Shown piece by piece: positions 61,801 through 64,000 of a stretch of DNA of 64,000 nt. The DNA is from Azolla caroliniana (Eukaryota > Plantae > Polypodiophyta): NCBI GenBank assembly GCA_043228905.1, contig JBHGNT010000112.1, forward strand, positions 18,118 through 82,117, read 5' to 3'. Positions within the stretch are counted from its first letter, which is position 1; each line of letters begins with the position of its first letter. The translations under genes were made by a program, and so were the position numbers. A model generated the notes under the pieces. The model had not been told where the DNA came from, did no database searches, and worked only from the letters and a program-made list of their open reading frames with translations.

Positions 61801-63222
61801 GGGATGCACCAAGGAAAGGCAGATGCATTATCACGGGGGTTTCCTATGTAGCACCGCATCCCGGCAAGCCAGCTTTCGATAACCAAAAGCAAGTAATCTT
61901 GGGACTGGTACGACTGCAAGCAACACAGGTCTTCGGCATGCGCTTGGATTCCCACGTTATCGATACCATATGTGAGGACTTGAAGACAAATGCTTTCGCC
62001 CAAGCCATTCTAGCACAAATTGATCCCTCTCGAGCATCTTGTTCACAGTCGCAACAACCAGGTAGAGACTATCGACAATTCGAATGTCATGATAGATTAC
62101 TATTCTTTAAGAAACTCTTGTATGTTCCTAATGGTTATTGCCACCTTCGAGTAGTCCAAAACTATCATGACACATATACAGCTGGGCATTTTGGTAGTAC
62201 TAAGACATTAGATTTAGTACAATGATCATTCTGGTGGCCCTGTATGCGACAATTTGTCGAAGATCTTGTTCGGACTTGTGATACATGTTATAGAGAAAAA
62301 ATGCCAAGGCATCATCCATATGGTTTATTAGTACAATTCCAAGCAAGCCGCGGAAATCCATTGCTCTATATTTCATCACAGATCTTCTAGTCTCCTTGGG
62401 ATTCAATGCAATTTTAACAATAGTAGATCGATATATGAAGATGGCTCATTTCCTGCCATGTACTAAGGAAATCTCCAATGAAGAAACCGCCGAAATTGTC
62501 ATGCGTGAAGTATGTCGGCATCATGGCCTTCCTGATAATATCATCAGCGACCGTGGACCCCAGTTCATCTCAAAATTCTGGAAGCACCTTTTTTAAATGC
62601 TCAAGGCGACTTGTAACCTCTCCTTTGGCTACCACCCGCAAACCGACGACCAAGCAAAACGAACAAATGAAACGCTGGAGCAGTATCTTCGGTGCTTTCT
62701 AAGCTATCATCAAGATGACTGGGTAGATATTCTCCACTTCACCGAATTTGCTTGTAATAACTTTGTCCACTCATCGACTAAAGTTATGCCATTTTATGCT
62801 TATACAGGTTGTCACCCCTAGAGTTACCCACAAATCCTTGCACAGAGGATTGTTTGGAGCGGTTACGCAAGATACAAGCAAATTTATCTTCTCATCCTCA
62901 ACAAGCTCAACAAACACACAAGGTTTACGCAGATCATCATCGACTTCCATCTAGTTTTAACATTGGAGATCGGGTATGGCTACTGCGACGACACCTCAGG
63001 ACTACTCACCCATGCGAGAAGTTGGATTATCGACAATTAGGTCCTTTCCATATTATCGGAAAGATTAATGATGTCGCTTTTCGTCTTGATCTACCCCCGC
63101 AACTTCGCATACATCCAGTGTTTCATAGTTCTCTCCTCGACCCTATCAAGACAACACCATCACAAGACGTATTCCACAACCTCCACCCCCGATTGAACTT
63201 GAAGATGGACCTGAGTACGAGG

Positions 63223-64000
63223 TGACGCGTAATATGCGGAATATTACTCGGCCACAACCGAGTCTCAGATCGTGTTGTTTCGAATCGAACACCGAGAACA
63301 GGAATGGAGGTGAATACACGTACACACAGAAAATATGAGAGAGGTTACACATTATGTTTACGTGGAAAACCCTAAATGGGAAAAACCATTGGAGTCCACA
63401 AACTCCAACTATCACTATATCATATTTATACTAATATGACATTAGGACTATTTACAAGTATAGCCCCAACGGGCTCTCAGAAACATATTTACCTATATGT
63501 CCCTTCATCCGGTGAGAGGTTCTTCACCGGGCCTGCATCATCCGGTTCTCACCAGTCTTCCTTGCCGGGTACTCATATCCCATCCTGAGGGACCGAAATC
63601 CTAACAAAATCCCCCTTCACTCCAGCATGGGATGCCTCGTCAATCCGATCCGCTTCCAGCATGTGTCCAGCTTGTCGGGTGTCAACACCTTGGTCAGCAT
63701 ATCCAACCCGTTCTCCTCTGTGTGGATCTTCGTCAACACGAACTCTTGATCTTCTACTTGCTCCCTGATCCAGTGGTACCTACGCTGGATGTGCTTCGTT
63801 CTGGAATGGTATGTCGTGTTCTTTGCAAGGTGGATGGCACTTTGATTGTCGCATTAGAGCCAGTATTCCTCTTATCGGATCCCTAGCTCTCCGATGAAGT
63901 CCATCCATAATATTTCCTTGCCGGCTTCCACGACTGCCATGTACTCTGCCTCTGTGGTTGACAACGCAACCATCTTTTGCAGCCTCGACTTCCACGAAAT
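63223..64000 (-). mobile_element. Copia family A 3' end (RNase H, PPT, 3' LTR 63223-63606), running off the window
   Basis: Reverse complement of the family A RNase H, GAGTGAAGGGGGA PPT and A-type LTR motifs. The LTR is short and lacks the (GA)n block. Confidence 0.92.

Larger units (their letters stand above)
58416..63222 (+). mobile_element. Tcn1/sushi-like chromoviral Ty3/gypsy, disabled, interrupted at the chromodomain
   Basis: LTR 58416-58820 (TGTCA..TGACA). Gag from ATG 58973 (LPAKFDGTRSQFRSFL..LLSGSALAWF), protease ALLDS, RT (YLDDLL), RNase H (NYEIHDKELLAI), integrase, chromodomain start GPEYEV. Confidence 0.95.

Overview
Gene-free, transposon-saturated plant genomic DNA. A non-seed plant such as a fern or lycophyte is likely, inferred only from Tcn1/sushi-type chromoviruses and the copia types present. 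Almost all 64 kb is a nest of LTR retrotransposons. (1) A CCGG-rich Tnt1/Tork-like Ty1/copia family ('A') has four close copies and one older relative; the copy at 19971-25438 is young and near-intact (1332-aa ORF, GTATC TSD). (2) A second copia family ('B') has four decayed copies. (3) An older copia ('C') is present twice in inverted orientation. (4) There are three Tcn1/sushi-like chromoviral Ty3/gypsy pieces, several other gypsy-type LTR or gag remnants and one DDE transposase relic. No intact host gene is visible. The most notable feature is a ~3.1 kb non-autonomous LTR element (16519-19598) with no retro-genes. It carries a sense-oriented chain of at least four host-gene fragments resembling WDR74/NSA1, mitochondrial HSP70, a G-type lectin and a vicilin-like cupin. 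Also notable are a chromovirus LTR with a self-priming PBS and an antisense tRNA-like A/B-box module, a Gag capsid swap within family A, LTR pairs differing in tandem-repeat number, and strong CCGG enrichment. All homology calls are by-eye motif recognition; no database search was run.
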